This document shows positions 1 through 8,552 of a stretch of 30,520 bases of DNA, piece by piece. Origin of the DNA: a candidate division TM6 bacterium UASB124. Its GTDB lineage: Bacteria > Babelota > Babeliae > Babelales > RVW-14. Position 1 is the stretch's first letter, and the number at the start of each line of letters is the position of its first letter. Under the pieces are notes generated by a model. It saw nothing but the letters and a program-made list of their open reading frames with translations. It had not been told where the DNA came from and did not search any database. Made by a program: the position numbers and the translations under genes. The DNA is taken from contig CAMBZK010000001.1 of the NCBI GenBank assembly GCA_945872225.1, positions 1 through 30,520 on the forward strand, written 5' to 3'.

Positions 1-485
1 CTTTTTGAGACATCGTATGGATGACGGCCCTGGAGAGGCGCATCTTCATTGTATGGCAGTTTTTTATGCTCCCCATAGGCTTTATCGCTAGATGCTATGA
101 CAATACGTTTTACCCATGGGCTTAAACGACAAGCTTCAAGTAAGTTCCACGTGCCAGTGATGTTGGCCGTAAAGGTAGAGATGGGCGAGCGGTTTGCATA
201 GCCAACAATGGCCTGCGCTCCAAGATGAAAAACTGTATCAATATTTTGTTCGTTTAAAACGCGTAGCAACACGTCATAATCTTCAAGAGCGCCAAAGCAG
301 ACGGTAATGTGCTCGTCTAGGCCAGTGGTATGAAATAGCGATTGTGGTAGCAAGTCTCGCACGAGCGCAACAACGTGAGCGCCGTGCTCAATAAGATCGT
401 TAATGAGCCATGGGCCAAGTAAGCCATTTGCACCAGTGACTAGAACGCGCTTGTTATGCCAGAACGTTGAGTTTGGCAACTTCAT
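1..485 (-). CDS. rfbG: CDP-glucose 4,6-dehydratase-like extended SDR (partial; 3' end runs off the left edge)
   Basis: Not in the ORF track. Manual translation from ATG at 485 gives [27 protein letters not shown]...[12 protein letters not shown]...[14 protein letters not shown]...[12 protein letters not shown]...[12 protein letters not shown]. It has the TGxxGxxG and YxxSK motifs and the FW-x-x-KRVLVTG N-terminus typical of RfbG. ATGA overlap with the rfbF stop. Confidence 0.85.
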   Translation of the reverse strand, partial: MKLPNSTFWHNKRVLVTGANGLLGPWLINDLIEHGAHVVALVRDLLPQSLFHTTGLDEHITVCFGALEDYDVLLRVLNEQNIDTVFHLGAQAIVGYANRSPISTFTANITGTWNLLEACRLSPWVKRIVIASSDKAYGEHKKLPYNEDAPLQGRHPYDVSK

Positions 486-1345
486 GATTGCTCAATATTT
501 GTAGTGATTTCTTGCCATGGGGTAGTTTGTTTGGTTGCAGGTGTAAAGGTATTGGTGTCATGTTCCCATACTTTCCATGGCGCGCTCGTTTTCCAGAGCT
601 CTTCAAGCATCTGATACTCACGGTAGGTATCCATGCACTGCCAAAAGCCGTGATGCTTAAACATCATGAGTTGTCCATTATCAGCAGCTCTTTTAAACGG
701 CTCTTGTTCAAGAACGCACGATGGCTCTGTTGATAGGTAATTCAAAAAACGCTTTTCTAGCACCATAAAACCACCGTTGATCCAGGCAGTTTCAATGGTA
801 TTTTTTTCAGCGAATGAGGTTATGGTGTCGCCATTGACTTCAAGATTGCCAAAGCGTGAAACTAGGTTGACCCCGGTAATGGTCGCAGCCTGTTTATGTG
901 CTATATGAAATTGGTATAACTGTTCAATGTTAACATCAGCAACGCCATCGCCATAGGTAAGCATAAAGCGCTCGCCATCAACATAGCGAGCCGCTTGAGC
1001 AACGCGCGATCCGGTCATGGCATCTTGCCCCGTATCAACAAGGGTGACTTCCCACTCTTCGTTGTTAATTTGGTGCTCAGTAATCAAGCCTGTTTTTGTG
1101 TTGATGGTAAAATCAACGCCATCAAGACGATTATTAAGAAGGTAATTTTTAATGGTGGTGCCTTTGTACCCAAGACAAATAATGAAGCGGTAAAAACCGT
1201 AATAGGAATACGTTTTCATGATATGCCATAAAATGGGATGACCACCAATCGGCACCATAGGTTTTGGTCGATACTCAGTTTCTTCGCGTAGTCGCGTACC
1301 GAGGCCACCAGCTAAGATCATAACAGGTGTTGAATTTCTTTTCAT
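482..1345 (-). CDS. rfbF: Glucose-1-phosphate cytidylyltransferase
   Basis: [44 protein letters not shown] and [13 protein letters not shown] motifs. Start moved from 1393 to ATG 1345 because an AAGGAGGAG Shine-Dalgarno lies at 1351-1359. Confidence 0.93.
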   Translation of the reverse strand: MKRNSTPVMILAGGLGTRLREETEYRPKPMVPIGGHPILWHIMKTYSYYGFYRFIICLGYKGTTIKNYLLNNRLDGVDFTINTKTGLITEHQINNEEWEVTLVDTGQDAMTGSRVAQAARYVDGERFMLTYGDGVADVNIEQLYQFHIAHKQAATITGVNLVSRFGNLEVNGDTITSFAEKNTIETAWINGGFMVLEKRFLNYLSTEPSCVLEQEPFKRAADNGQLMMFKHHGFWQCMDTYREYQMLEELWKTSAPWKVWEHDTNTFTPATKQTTPWQEITTNIEQS

Positions 1346-1500
1346 TGCTACTCCTCCTTTATCCAACCTTTTTAAAACCGTAGCACATGACATAATGAAG
1401 TCAAGGTTAGTGGTCTTGTCGTGTACTTTTAAAATCTTATTTATAAGCTCATAAGTAAGTACGATTGTTATTTTTTACGGTTATATAAGCTGGAAATAAT

Positions 1501-3048
1501 ATGAAAATAGCTACAAAAAAATGGCTGATTAGTTTTGGCTTATTCCTCATGATTACTTGCTCGTTAGGGCTACCATTCAGGAAAATGAATTTTTTCTGGG
1601 ATAGCTATGGTGATTTTTTACATACCATGCAGGCAAAACAGCGTGGCTCATTTTTCAAAACTATTTTTATAGACGATGTTACCGTTGAAGAAAATTGTGC
1701 GGCTGATAATCAAGCTCATGGTGTAGACCGAAGTAAGCCGTTAACCCTTTTTGGTTTTATGTACCGCCCCCTTATTTATTTTTATAGGCTCATTCAGATC
1801 AATCTTTTTGGGGTTAACCCGTATATCTTTTTTTTGCTTCATATTCTGTTGCACGCTTGCAACGTAGTTATGCTGTTTTTACTGTTGGCTACCTTGTTGC
1901 CCCTTGCGCCATCGACCCTTTTGGCGTGCTTTTTTGCTTATAATCATTCGTGGTGGTCACTTTTGCGTTGGATAGCCGTACAATTTTATTTTATAGAAGC
2001 GCTGTGTATTTTGTTTTTTATCTGGTGTTTGTACAAAACGCTCACAACAAATCGCTTTATTTGGGGTGTTCCCGCAGCGTTCTGCTTATTTCATAATTTA
2101 TTATTAAAAGAGCAATCGCTAGCGCTCGTGCCATGGCTTGGTATGGTTTTTTTAGCTGAGCATATGCTGGTTTATAAGCATGCTTTTATTGACTGGGATT
2201 GGATAAAGCGGTGTTTTTTGTTCAGCTGGCCATCGTTGATTGCTCTTGGTGCATGGGTCTTAACACGGTGGTTAATTCTTCAAAACGCATTACAAGCTTG
2301 GCCCATTAATACGTCAACAAGTACGGTTGATATAGCTAGCGCATCAGGTGTAGGTAGCGCTATGTTGCGATGGCTTATCAACCTACCGAATATACTTGTT
2401 GATCTCGTTGGCCTTGACTGGTTTCCGCCATTCCACAAACTTGAAAAAATGTTGACATTGGTGCTTTTAGTATCTTTTTTTATCTGGCTTTTATCGTTTG
2501 TAAAACCGCCTGCCTGGCTGTTATTTTTTACTATAAGCTATCTGTTGTTTGCTTGGCCAACGTACACACTACGGCACTATCATCCACGGTATGTTTACAT
2601 GGCTATGCCGTTGTTTATTGGCTTGATCGCGTTAGCGCTTAAAATTCTACATGAGACAAATTGGCGACAGTATCGTTTTGCGTTTGCTGGGCTGACGTTA
2701 ATTAGTATGTTGAATGCAGGCTTTCTGGTTAAGCGCATGTGTGTAAGCGAACGCGAAACTGATCTTGTTGCGCAATCATTTAAAACCTTGGTCGCCGAAA
2801 ACCCAACTATATTTGAACGTACGATGTGCTTTTATGGCTTGCCACCAGAACTGTTTGATGCCTGTGTTGCACAGGCAATGACGTGGCTTGCTCCTCATTT
2901 TCAACGCCGGACTATTTATTATTTTAAATATGAAAAAACGATAGCGGCATGCAAGCTTGATGCCGCGTTTTTAGCCACCGACCCACTATTTATAACCTGG
3001 GATAGCGCAAGGCAAAAAATGGTTATTGTTGCCCAAGAAGCTGCTTAA
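1501..3048 (+). CDS. Polytopic membrane protein, probable GT-C fold (TMTC/PMT-like) glycosyltransferase
   Basis: Many hydrophobic segments. Contains MYRPL...LFGVNPYIFFLLHILLHACNVVMLFLL, LLKEQ and RYVYMA, resembling the YRPL / G-x-x-P...LH..N / KE / RY-x-Y motifs of TMTC-like GT-C enzymes. Lies inside a sugar-nucleotide cluster. Confidence 0.6.
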   Translation: MKIATKKWLISFGLFLMITCSLGLPFRKMNFFWDSYGDFLHTMQAKQRGSFFKTIFIDDVTVEENCAADNQAHGVDRSKPLTLFGFMYRPLIYFYRLIQINLFGVNPYIFFLLHILLHACNVVMLFLLLATLLPLAPSTLLACFFAYNHSWWSLLRWIAVQFYFIEALCILFFIWCLYKTLTTNRFIWGVPAAFCLFHNLLLKEQSLALVPWLGMVFLAEHMLVYKHAFIDWDWIKRCFLFSWPSLIALGAWVLTRWLILQNALQAWPINTSTSTVDIASASGVGSAMLRWLINLPNILVDLVGLDWFPPFHKLEKMLTLVLLVSFFIWLLSFVKPPAWLLFFTISYLLFAWPTYTLRHYHPRYVYMAMPLFIGLIALALKILHETNWRQYRFAFAGLTLISMLNAGFLVKRMCVSERETDLVAQSFKTLVAENPTIFERTMCFYGLPPELFDACVAQAMTWLAPHFQRRTIYYFKYEKTIAACKLDAAFLATDPLFITWDSARQKMVIVAQEAA

Positions 3049-3937
3049 TTTGTGGCAGTATAGCTTCTGTGGTTAAGCCAGCTTTGTTGCGTAGCCAGGT
3101 GCAATTGGCAATTTCATTGCCGTAGGTATGCGGTACGCCCAAGGCCTTAAAAATAACTTTGTAGTCATACGTTTCCATGAGGCAATGAGCAATTGCTTCG
3201 CCCATACCACCAATAACAAAGTGCTCTTCGATGGTAAAAATAGCGCGCGGTCGTCGCGCTGCAAACCATGCTGTTGGCAAGGGGCTAATGGTATGCAAAC
3301 TAACAAGCCCACAAGCGATGCCTTCGCTTTGGAGCTGCTGCTGAATCTGGTAACCAAGTTCAACGCCGTAGCCAGAGCCAATGATGATTACGTCATTACC
3401 AGGAATAAGTTCATGCGGTTGCCCGAGCACTGGCGGTTGTGTTCCCTCAAGAACCAGTGGTAGTGCTGACAGCCGTAGATATAAAGGCCCGTTGTGTGCA
3501 TGAATCTGTGGCATGAGGGCAACTAATTCTGCTTTGGTTGCTGGTGCAACTACGGTCATGTTTGGCAGCAAGCGGAGTGCGCCAACATCTTCGAGCGCGT
3601 AGTGCGTTGCGCCCATGCCGCCGTATTGGTAGCCACCACCAACGCCAACCAGTTTGACTGGTTGCTGCTGGTAACAGATATCAACTTTAATTTGCTCATA
3701 GCAGCGCAGCGTAACGAAGGGAACGATAGAATAAGCGTAGGGCCGCTTGCCCGTCATTGCCAACCCAGCGGCGACACCAATCATATTCTGCTCAGCAATG
3801 CCGGCGTTCAGGTAGCGGTGTTGATGCTGCTCTTTAAATTTTTCAATAACAGAAAACCCGACATCCCCAGCAATAAAATAGAGGCTGGGGTCGTGGTGAG
3901 CTGCTTCTTCTAAAAAAGCTATAAATGCTGATCTCAT
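3023..3937 (-). CDS. Transketolase-like protein, C-terminal (pyrimidine-binding + C-terminal) subunit
   Basis: NAGIAEQNMIGVAAGLA, GATHYALEDVG, GPLYLRL and TIEEH...GGMGE motifs of split transketolase beta subunits. Confidence 0.9.
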   Translation of the reverse strand: MRSAFIAFLEEAAHHDPSLYFIAGDVGFSVIEKFKEQHQHRYLNAGIAEQNMIGVAAGLAMTGKRPYAYSIVPFVTLRCYEQIKVDICYQQQPVKLVGVGGGYQYGGMGATHYALEDVGALRLLPNMTVVAPATKAELVALMPQIHAHNGPLYLRLSALPLVLEGTQPPVLGQPHELIPGNDVIIIGSGYGVELGYQIQQQLQSEGIACGLVSLHTISPLPTAWFAARRPRAIFTIEEHFVIGGMGEAIAHCLMETYDYKVIFKALGVPHTYGNEIANCTWLRNKAGLTTEAILPQIKQLLGQQ

Positions 3938-4929
3938 GGTAGCTCCAGTTTTGGCTGGCTCGGTAGCGGGGGCGTGTGAGTTATTTGGTTGTCGTAGAGA
4001 TAAAGATTGTTTTCAAACCACGCAAGAGACGCAGAGAGCCCCTGTTGCAATCTGTATTGTGGTTGCCAATTCAGCACAGTCTTTGCCAAGGAAATGTCTG
4101 CTTGCCAATGTGTTGGCTCCCATGGCCGTGAAGCTGCTTGCCCCCACTGGATGGTGAGTGGTGTTTGTGTAATCTTTTCTACGGCATTAACGACATCATC
4201 CGTGGAAGATTGTATGCCAGAGCCACCGTTAAAAACAAGCGCCGTTGTTGGTTTTTGTTTTGCGATGGTGTGGTAGAGGGCGGTCATGTCTTTGATGTAA
4301 ATATAATCGCGCACGTTGTGCGGGCTGGCTAGCGACATGGTCTTTTTTTGCAAAGCATGCGAAATGATCGTAGGGATTAAGCGTGTTGGCATCTCGTAGT
4401 CGCCGTAGACTGAAAACGGGCGCACGGTATAGATCGGTAGCTTGTGCACAAGGGCTTCTTTAAGGCAAAAATGGGTGGCGGCTATTTTTGCAACGGCATA
4501 GTCGCTTACCGGTTCAAGTGGCATAGATTCAGCCATGGGGATATTTTTTTTACCATATTCTGATGAGCTGCCCGTGTTGATAAACACATCAAACCCAACT
4601 TCTTTGCAAACGTTGAGTAGGTGGATGGTGCCATATAAATTGACAGCAAAAACAGCAGCCTGGTCTTGCTGGTCTGGCATACCGCCATAAGCTGCTAGGT
4701 GGTAAATTTCATGTGGTCGCAGTGAGAGAACTAACTGCCGTATAGCGGCGTGATTGGTTATCGAAACTTCGTGGACGGTGATTTTCTCAAGGATTGTTGC
4801 AAGCCGCCAGTAGTTGCTACCGGGCTCAGCGAGTACGTGCACGGTGGTGTCATCAAGGGTAACAAGCTCATGTACTAGATTAGCGCCAATAAAGCCGGCC
4901 CCGCCGGTTACTAAAATGGTGCGCTTCAT
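3934..4929 (-). CDS. NAD(P)-dependent epimerase/dehydratase (extended SDR; NDP-sugar epimerase or 4-ketoreductase)
   Basis: ILVTGGAGFIG, IYHLAA, TGSSSEYG, YAVAK (YxxxK) and RDYIYI motifs. Start moved to ATG 4929 (GGAGG RBS; ATGA coupling to the upstream gene). Confidence 0.88.
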   Translation of the reverse strand: MKRTILVTGGAGFIGANLVHELVTLDDTTVHVLAEPGSNYWRLATILEKITVHEVSITNHAAIRQLVLSLRPHEIYHLAAYGGMPDQQDQAAVFAVNLYGTIHLLNVCKEVGFDVFINTGSSSEYGKKNIPMAESMPLEPVSDYAVAKIAATHFCLKEALVHKLPIYTVRPFSVYGDYEMPTRLIPTIISHALQKKTMSLASPHNVRDYIYIKDMTALYHTIAKQKPTTALVFNGGSGIQSSTDDVVNAVEKITQTPLTIQWGQAASRPWEPTHWQADISLAKTVLNWQPQYRLQQGLSASLAWFENNLYLYDNQITHTPPLPSQPKLELP

Positions 4930-5765
4930 GCGTCCTCCAATAGTTTTTGTACCAATGCATATTCCTCTGGCTTGCATGATTTATAGTGCCAGGCAAGTTT
5001 GTCTTCCATGAATGGAACCCCCTTTGCTTTGGTGGTGTGTGCGATTATAACACGTGGGCGTTGAGGGGTGCGGGGTGCTCCAAAATTATTTGCAAGCGCC
5101 TGGTGGTCATGGCCATCAACATGCGTAACGGTGCAGCCAAATGCTTTAAACTTGCCATCGAGTGGTTCGGTGGCGATGTCATCGCTGCGATCAAGCCCTT
5201 GTAAATTATTGTAGTCGACAATGACGGTGAGGTTATCAAGCTTGAGGCGTACTGCCATGGTGATAGCTTCCCAAATGGATCCTTCTTGGCATTCGCCGTC
5301 GCCAACAATAACAAAAAAGCGTGATGGCAGCGCATCGTGCTGTGCGGCGAGTGCCATGCCAACGGCGATCGATAAACCGTGGCCGAGTGACCCCGTGCTT
5401 GCTTCTACGCCATGCGCAGGCATGCGCGTTGGGTGGCCGCCTAAAAACCCTTGGTGGTAATTGCTGAGCATTGTTCGTGGAATAAGATCAACGGATGCGA
5501 GCGCTGCGTAAAGCCCTGATGCCGCGTGCCCCTTGCTCAAAATAACGTAGTCACGGCTTGGGCGTTGTTTTTTTATAGCATCAAGATCAATGACGGCGTG
5601 GTAGAGCGTGACGAGAATATCGATTATGGAGTACGAACAGCCTAAGTGCGAACTGCTGACGCTGGTGAGCATGGTGGCAATAGCAAGCCGACACTGCTGT
5701 CCAATGGCAAATAAGCGGGCTGTTTGGGGAGTGGTTGGGGTAGCTGTTGCGGATGGTTGCAACAT
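4926..5765 (-). CDS. Transketolase-like protein, N-terminal ThDP-binding subunit
   Basis: SHLGCSYS, LSKGHA, GHP, STGSLGHGL, the ThDP motif GDGECQEGSIWEA...DYNNLQ, and DGHD. AAGGAG RBS at about 5773-5778. Confidence 0.92.
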   Translation of the reverse strand: MLQPSATATPTTPQTARLFAIGQQCRLAIATMLTSVSSSHLGCSYSIIDILVTLYHAVIDLDAIKKQRPSRDYVILSKGHAASGLYAALASVDLIPRTMLSNYHQGFLGGHPTRMPAHGVEASTGSLGHGLSIAVGMALAAQHDALPSRFFVIVGDGECQEGSIWEAITMAVRLKLDNLTVIVDYNNLQGLDRSDDIATEPLDGKFKAFGCTVTHVDGHDHQALANNFGAPRTPQRPRVIIAHTTKAKGVPFMEDKLAWHYKSCKPEEYALVQKLLEDA

Positions 5766-5885
5766 GAGATAGCTCCTTGTGCTTTGCGTATCTTTTCAGA
5801 TTCCTTTTAAGTAACAAGGTAGCAAGATTTTTTTATTTTAGCTGCCAGACTTTGCATCGATTTTAAATTAATTGAGTGTGGGATT

Positions 5886-6326
5886 TTATAGACCTAGCTT
5901 GCCCTGCATTTCTGTTCGCCAGATATGGTTTTTACAACGGTAGCAGGGGAAAGATGTTGAGCTAGCTCGAGATAATATAAAATCACAAACCTGCTCAATT
6001 GCATCTTGTAGTAACATTGCTTCTATGGCTTGTAATTGCTTTTTAAACTGATCAAATTCACTTGATTCTCCAAGTGAGTTGTGTACAGATTGTAATGCTA
6101 GCGGTACTAAAAGATCGTCTAGGTCTGAGATGGCATTGCATTGAGCGCAAACCAATACCGTACGTATCCCTCCGCAACGCTGCCAGCACTGCGAAGTAGC
6201 ATTGCTAATGTCATGAAAGCATGCACACAAAATCTCCATGCGCTCTTCCCACAATGGTTTTTCTGCATTACAGCTATTAGATTGCAACAGCGCAAAACTT
6301 ACTATTAAAATTCCTAACTCCTTCAT
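5886..6326 (-). CDS. Secreted hypothetical protein with CxxC-x64-CxxC-x4-W signature (module 1, gene B)
   Basis: ATG 6326 preceded by GAGGGGGA. Signal-peptide-like MKELGILIVSFALLQSNSCNA. CAQC and CYRC-KNHIW motifs. Paralog of 21437..21862. Confidence 0.75.
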   Translation of the reverse strand: MKELGILIVSFALLQSNSCNAEKPLWEERMEILCACFHDISNATSQCWQRCGGIRTVLVCAQCNAISDLDDLLVPLALQSVHNSLGESSEFDQFKKQLQAIEAMLLQDAIEQVCDFILSRASSTSFPCYRCKNHIWRTEMQGKLGL

Positions 6327-6352
6327 TGCCTTCCCCCTCAATGAGATTGGTT

Positions 6353-6658
6353 TTAAAATCTAATGACATCCTCATCAGCACTATACGGTAGCGGTCTTTT
6401 TATTGGGTCTTTTTGTTCGTTCCCTGGAGCAGGATCCCAGGACGTATCTTTTTTACAGTGTGGGCATTGAAAACCAAGGTCATGCGCAGTTGCTACCATG
6501 ACGCTATCTAAAATACCTCTTGTTAGGCCAAAATAGCTCATAACAATACGCATCAAACCGTCAGCCGCCAAAGGCCCCAGCTGTTTTAAAAACCAAATGC
6601 CAAGATGTGTCAAAAATTCTGCTTGATTCATTTCTCGTGAGCATGCACGACACTTCAT
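6353..6658 (-). CDS. Small hypothetical protein with CxxC-x58-CxxC-x5-W signature, probable metal-binding (module 1, gene A)
   Basis: CRAC at residues 3-6, CPHC at 65-68, then W74. Clear paralog of 21887..22177, which supports it being a real gene. Confidence 0.8.
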   Translation of the reverse strand: MKCRACSREMNQAEFLTHLGIWFLKQLGPLAADGLMRIVMSYFGLTRGILDSVMVATAHDLGFQCPHCKKDTSWDPAPGNEQKDPIKRPLPYSADEDVIRF

Positions 6659-6712
6659 TTTGATTGTTAAGCCCTCTATTGTTAATATTTGGTGATGCTT
6701 AAATCAGGCGTG

Positions 6713-6742
6713 AATATAACAAAATTTTAAAAAAGAGAGCAA
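6713..6742 (-). promoter_or_regulatory. Putative sigma70 promoter of module 1
   Basis: Minus strand: TTGCTC (6742-6737), 18 nt, TATATT (6718-6713), with an extended -10 TG. Confidence 0.5.
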
Positions 6743-6773
6743 TGGCAAAGATAGGCTAAATAAAATGAGGCCG

Positions 6774-6805
6774 AAAAAATAGCCTGACAGTACTGCCAGG
6801 CTATT
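6774..6805 (-). terminator. Rho-independent terminator downstream of tRNA-Ser(TGA) copy 1
   Basis: Inverted repeat AATAGCCTGACAG / CTGCCAGGCTATT (one mismatch) followed by a T run on the minus strand. Confidence 0.7.
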
Positions 6806-6820
6806 AAAGATACAAAATTA

Positions 6821-6912
6821 TGGTGGAGAGAGGGAGATTCGAACTCCCGATCCCGTTTTCACGGGATGACGGTTTTCAAGACCGTTGCATTCAACCACTC
6901 TGCCATCTCTCC
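6821..6912 (-). tRNA. tRNA-Ser(TGA), copy 1
   Basis: Reverse complement GGAGAGATGGCAGAGTGG...ACGGT-CTTGAAA-ACCGT...GTTCGAATC...CTCTCCACCA. Long variable arm and encoded CCA. Confidence 0.96.
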
Positions 6913-7139
6913 GTTTTAAGTGAGAAACCCGTAATTTTTAATACTATTTGCAACACTCGGGCTTTGGGGGGGGGCATTGCATTGAGCTCATGCCAGTACG
7001 GCATAAAAATGCTTACCACTGGGGCTTTTATAAATTTATTAATAATTTTTTTTGCATTTTGTTGCATTTCAAGCAATCTTTGTTTTATTATTCAATTAGT
7101 AATATGTTTTATTTTTTATTATAACAATGGGAGAGGGTA

Positions 7140-8297
7140 ATGAGTATCAAAAATAGTAAAAAGCTGCTTAATGTAGCACTCTTTGGGGTAGCGATTTTTT
7201 CGGCTGGGCGATTATTTGCTGCATCAGGCGAACCTAGTCCTGCAAAAAAGCTTGCTGCATCAGGCGAACCTATTCCTGCAAAAAAGCTTGCTGTAGCACG
7301 TAAGATGCAGTCTGCTTACCGTGCCCACAAAGCAAAAACAGAATTTTATGCTCTGTGGGCACAAATTGCTGAGAGTGTAAACCTGCTAGAGAGTTATCTT
7401 CCTTCCGCATTTCTTACGGAGCAATTAGCATGGATCGATTCGCATTATAAAGACATAGAGAACAAACTGAATCGCGTTAAACTGTTGCGTTGGATTAACG
7501 AAACAGAGAGAGCTACGCTCATTGGGGCGTCTGAAGAAAAATTGAAGCACTTTAGACGTACTATAGATTCACGCAGAGCTTCTTCCTCAGTGCCTTCAGC
7601 AGGTGGTGCCTCAGCAGGGGCTAGTGATAGTGACTCTGAAGGCGCTGCAGGTGCTGGCAAAGCTACAGTGGTTGAAGATCCTTTATTACCTGTACAACGA
7701 CGAGTTGATAATTTTTTACGTCGCCGTGATAATGGTGAACTTAGAGGAGATCATGGAAGAGCTGAGCTACAAAACATCAGCGATGACTTAAGAGTAATAT
7801 ACGAAGGTGCTGGCTCTGCCGCTTATGATATTAAGGAGAAGATACATAATATCCTTAATAGGGGTAGCCGTAGTATATTTTCATATCACAGTACAGCCCT
7901 TTTTGGTAAAGAAGATAAATGTTTCAAATGGCTTTATGATCTTGATTCAGTAGCGCTGCCAGTAGCGCTGCCAGAGGTAGTTGCTCCTCTTACGCGTGCT
8001 GATATTAATTCGCTCTTGCGGCAACTAGAGGATTACATTTTGAAGATGAAGCCAGGCAATAGAGATCCTTTCGCCATGGCTTTGAAGACTCTGTCAGATA
8101 CTGAGCAAAATGTGAGGTTAGAAGCAGAAGAGAATCAGGCTATTAAAATAGGGACTGCCATTAGAACGCTAGAAGCAGAAGGAGCAATCAGGGAGGATCT
8201 AGCGAGAGAGCTCGCGAAGAGACTCAGCGACGCGAATGAATCTCTATATGTAATGAGGAGAGCGTTGGATGCGCAGCTGCGGAGATCGCGTAAATAA
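7140..8297 (+). CDS. Secreted effector-like hypothetical protein (signal peptide, 12-aa tandem repeat, IQ-like motif, helical/coiled-coil body)
   Basis: GGGAGAGG RBS. MSIKNSKKLLNVALFGVAIFSAGRLFA signal. AASGEP(S/I)PAKKL twice, then VARKMQSAYRAHKAKTEF. Ser/Ala/Gly low-complexity linker. Confidence 0.8.
   Translation: MSIKNSKKLLNVALFGVAIFSAGRLFAASGEPSPAKKLAASGEPIPAKKLAVARKMQSAYRAHKAKTEFYALWAQIAESVNLLESYLPSAFLTEQLAWIDSHYKDIENKLNRVKLLRWINETERATLIGASEEKLKHFRRTIDSRRASSSVPSAGGASAGASDSDSEGAAGAGKATVVEDPLLPVQRRVDNFLRRRDNGELRGDHGRAELQNISDDLRVIYEGAGSAAYDIKEKIHNILNRGSRSIFSYHSTALFGKEDKCFKWLYDLDSVALPVALPEVVAPLTRADINSLLRQLEDYILKMKPGNRDPFAMALKTLSDTEQNVRLEAEENQAIKIGTAIRTLEAEGAIREDLARELAKRLSDANESLYVMRRALDAQLRRSRK
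7218..7289 (+). repeat. 36-bp tandem repeat x2 (one mismatch) encoding AASGEP(S/I)PAKKL
   Basis: gctgcatcaggcgaaccta(g/t)tcctgcaaaaaagctt at 7218-7253 and 7254-7289. Confidence 0.95.
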
Positions 8298-8356
8298 ATT
8301 TTTTGGTTATCTATTCTAAGTTATGTTCCAGAATAATTTGAAGCGTTAAGAAGTCT

Positions 8357-8392
8357 AAAAGGGCCTGACAGTGTTTGTCAGGCCCTTTTTTT
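8357..8392. terminator. Bidirectional rho-independent terminator
   Basis: AAAAGGGCCTGACA-gtgtt-TGTCAGGCCCTTTTTTT between the convergent 7140..8297 gene and the tRNA operon. Confidence 0.85.
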
Positions 8393-8460
8393 ATCGAAGC
8401 ATAGGTAGTAATTTTGTTTAGCCCTGCCAGGCAATAGAAGAAGCTTGTTAGAGCAAAAAG

Positions 8461-8552
8461 TGGTGGAGAGAGGGAGATTCGAACTCCCGATCCCGTTTTC
8501 ACGGGATGACGGTTTTCAAGACCGTTGCATTCAACCACTCTGCCATCTCTCC
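8461..8552 (-). tRNA. tRNA-Ser(TGA), copy 2
   Basis: Identical to 6821-6912; last gene of the Arg-Ser-Ser tRNA run. Confidence 0.96.

Noticed and set aside
6820-7140. ORFs 6820..7140 (+), 6891..7076 (-) and 8311..8538 (-)
   Set aside because: They overlap tRNA-Ser genes or AT-rich promoter/terminator DNA. Their mutual similarity (MVERGRFELPIP...) comes only from the tRNA duplication.
7218-7293. CRISPR-like 36-bp repeat
   Set aside because: The units are directly adjacent with no spacer, are in-frame coding repeats, and no cas genes are present.
7948-7974. 12-bp tandem duplication (VALP-VALP) in the islet gene
   Set aside because: Real but trivial in-frame slippage; no further inference is supportable.
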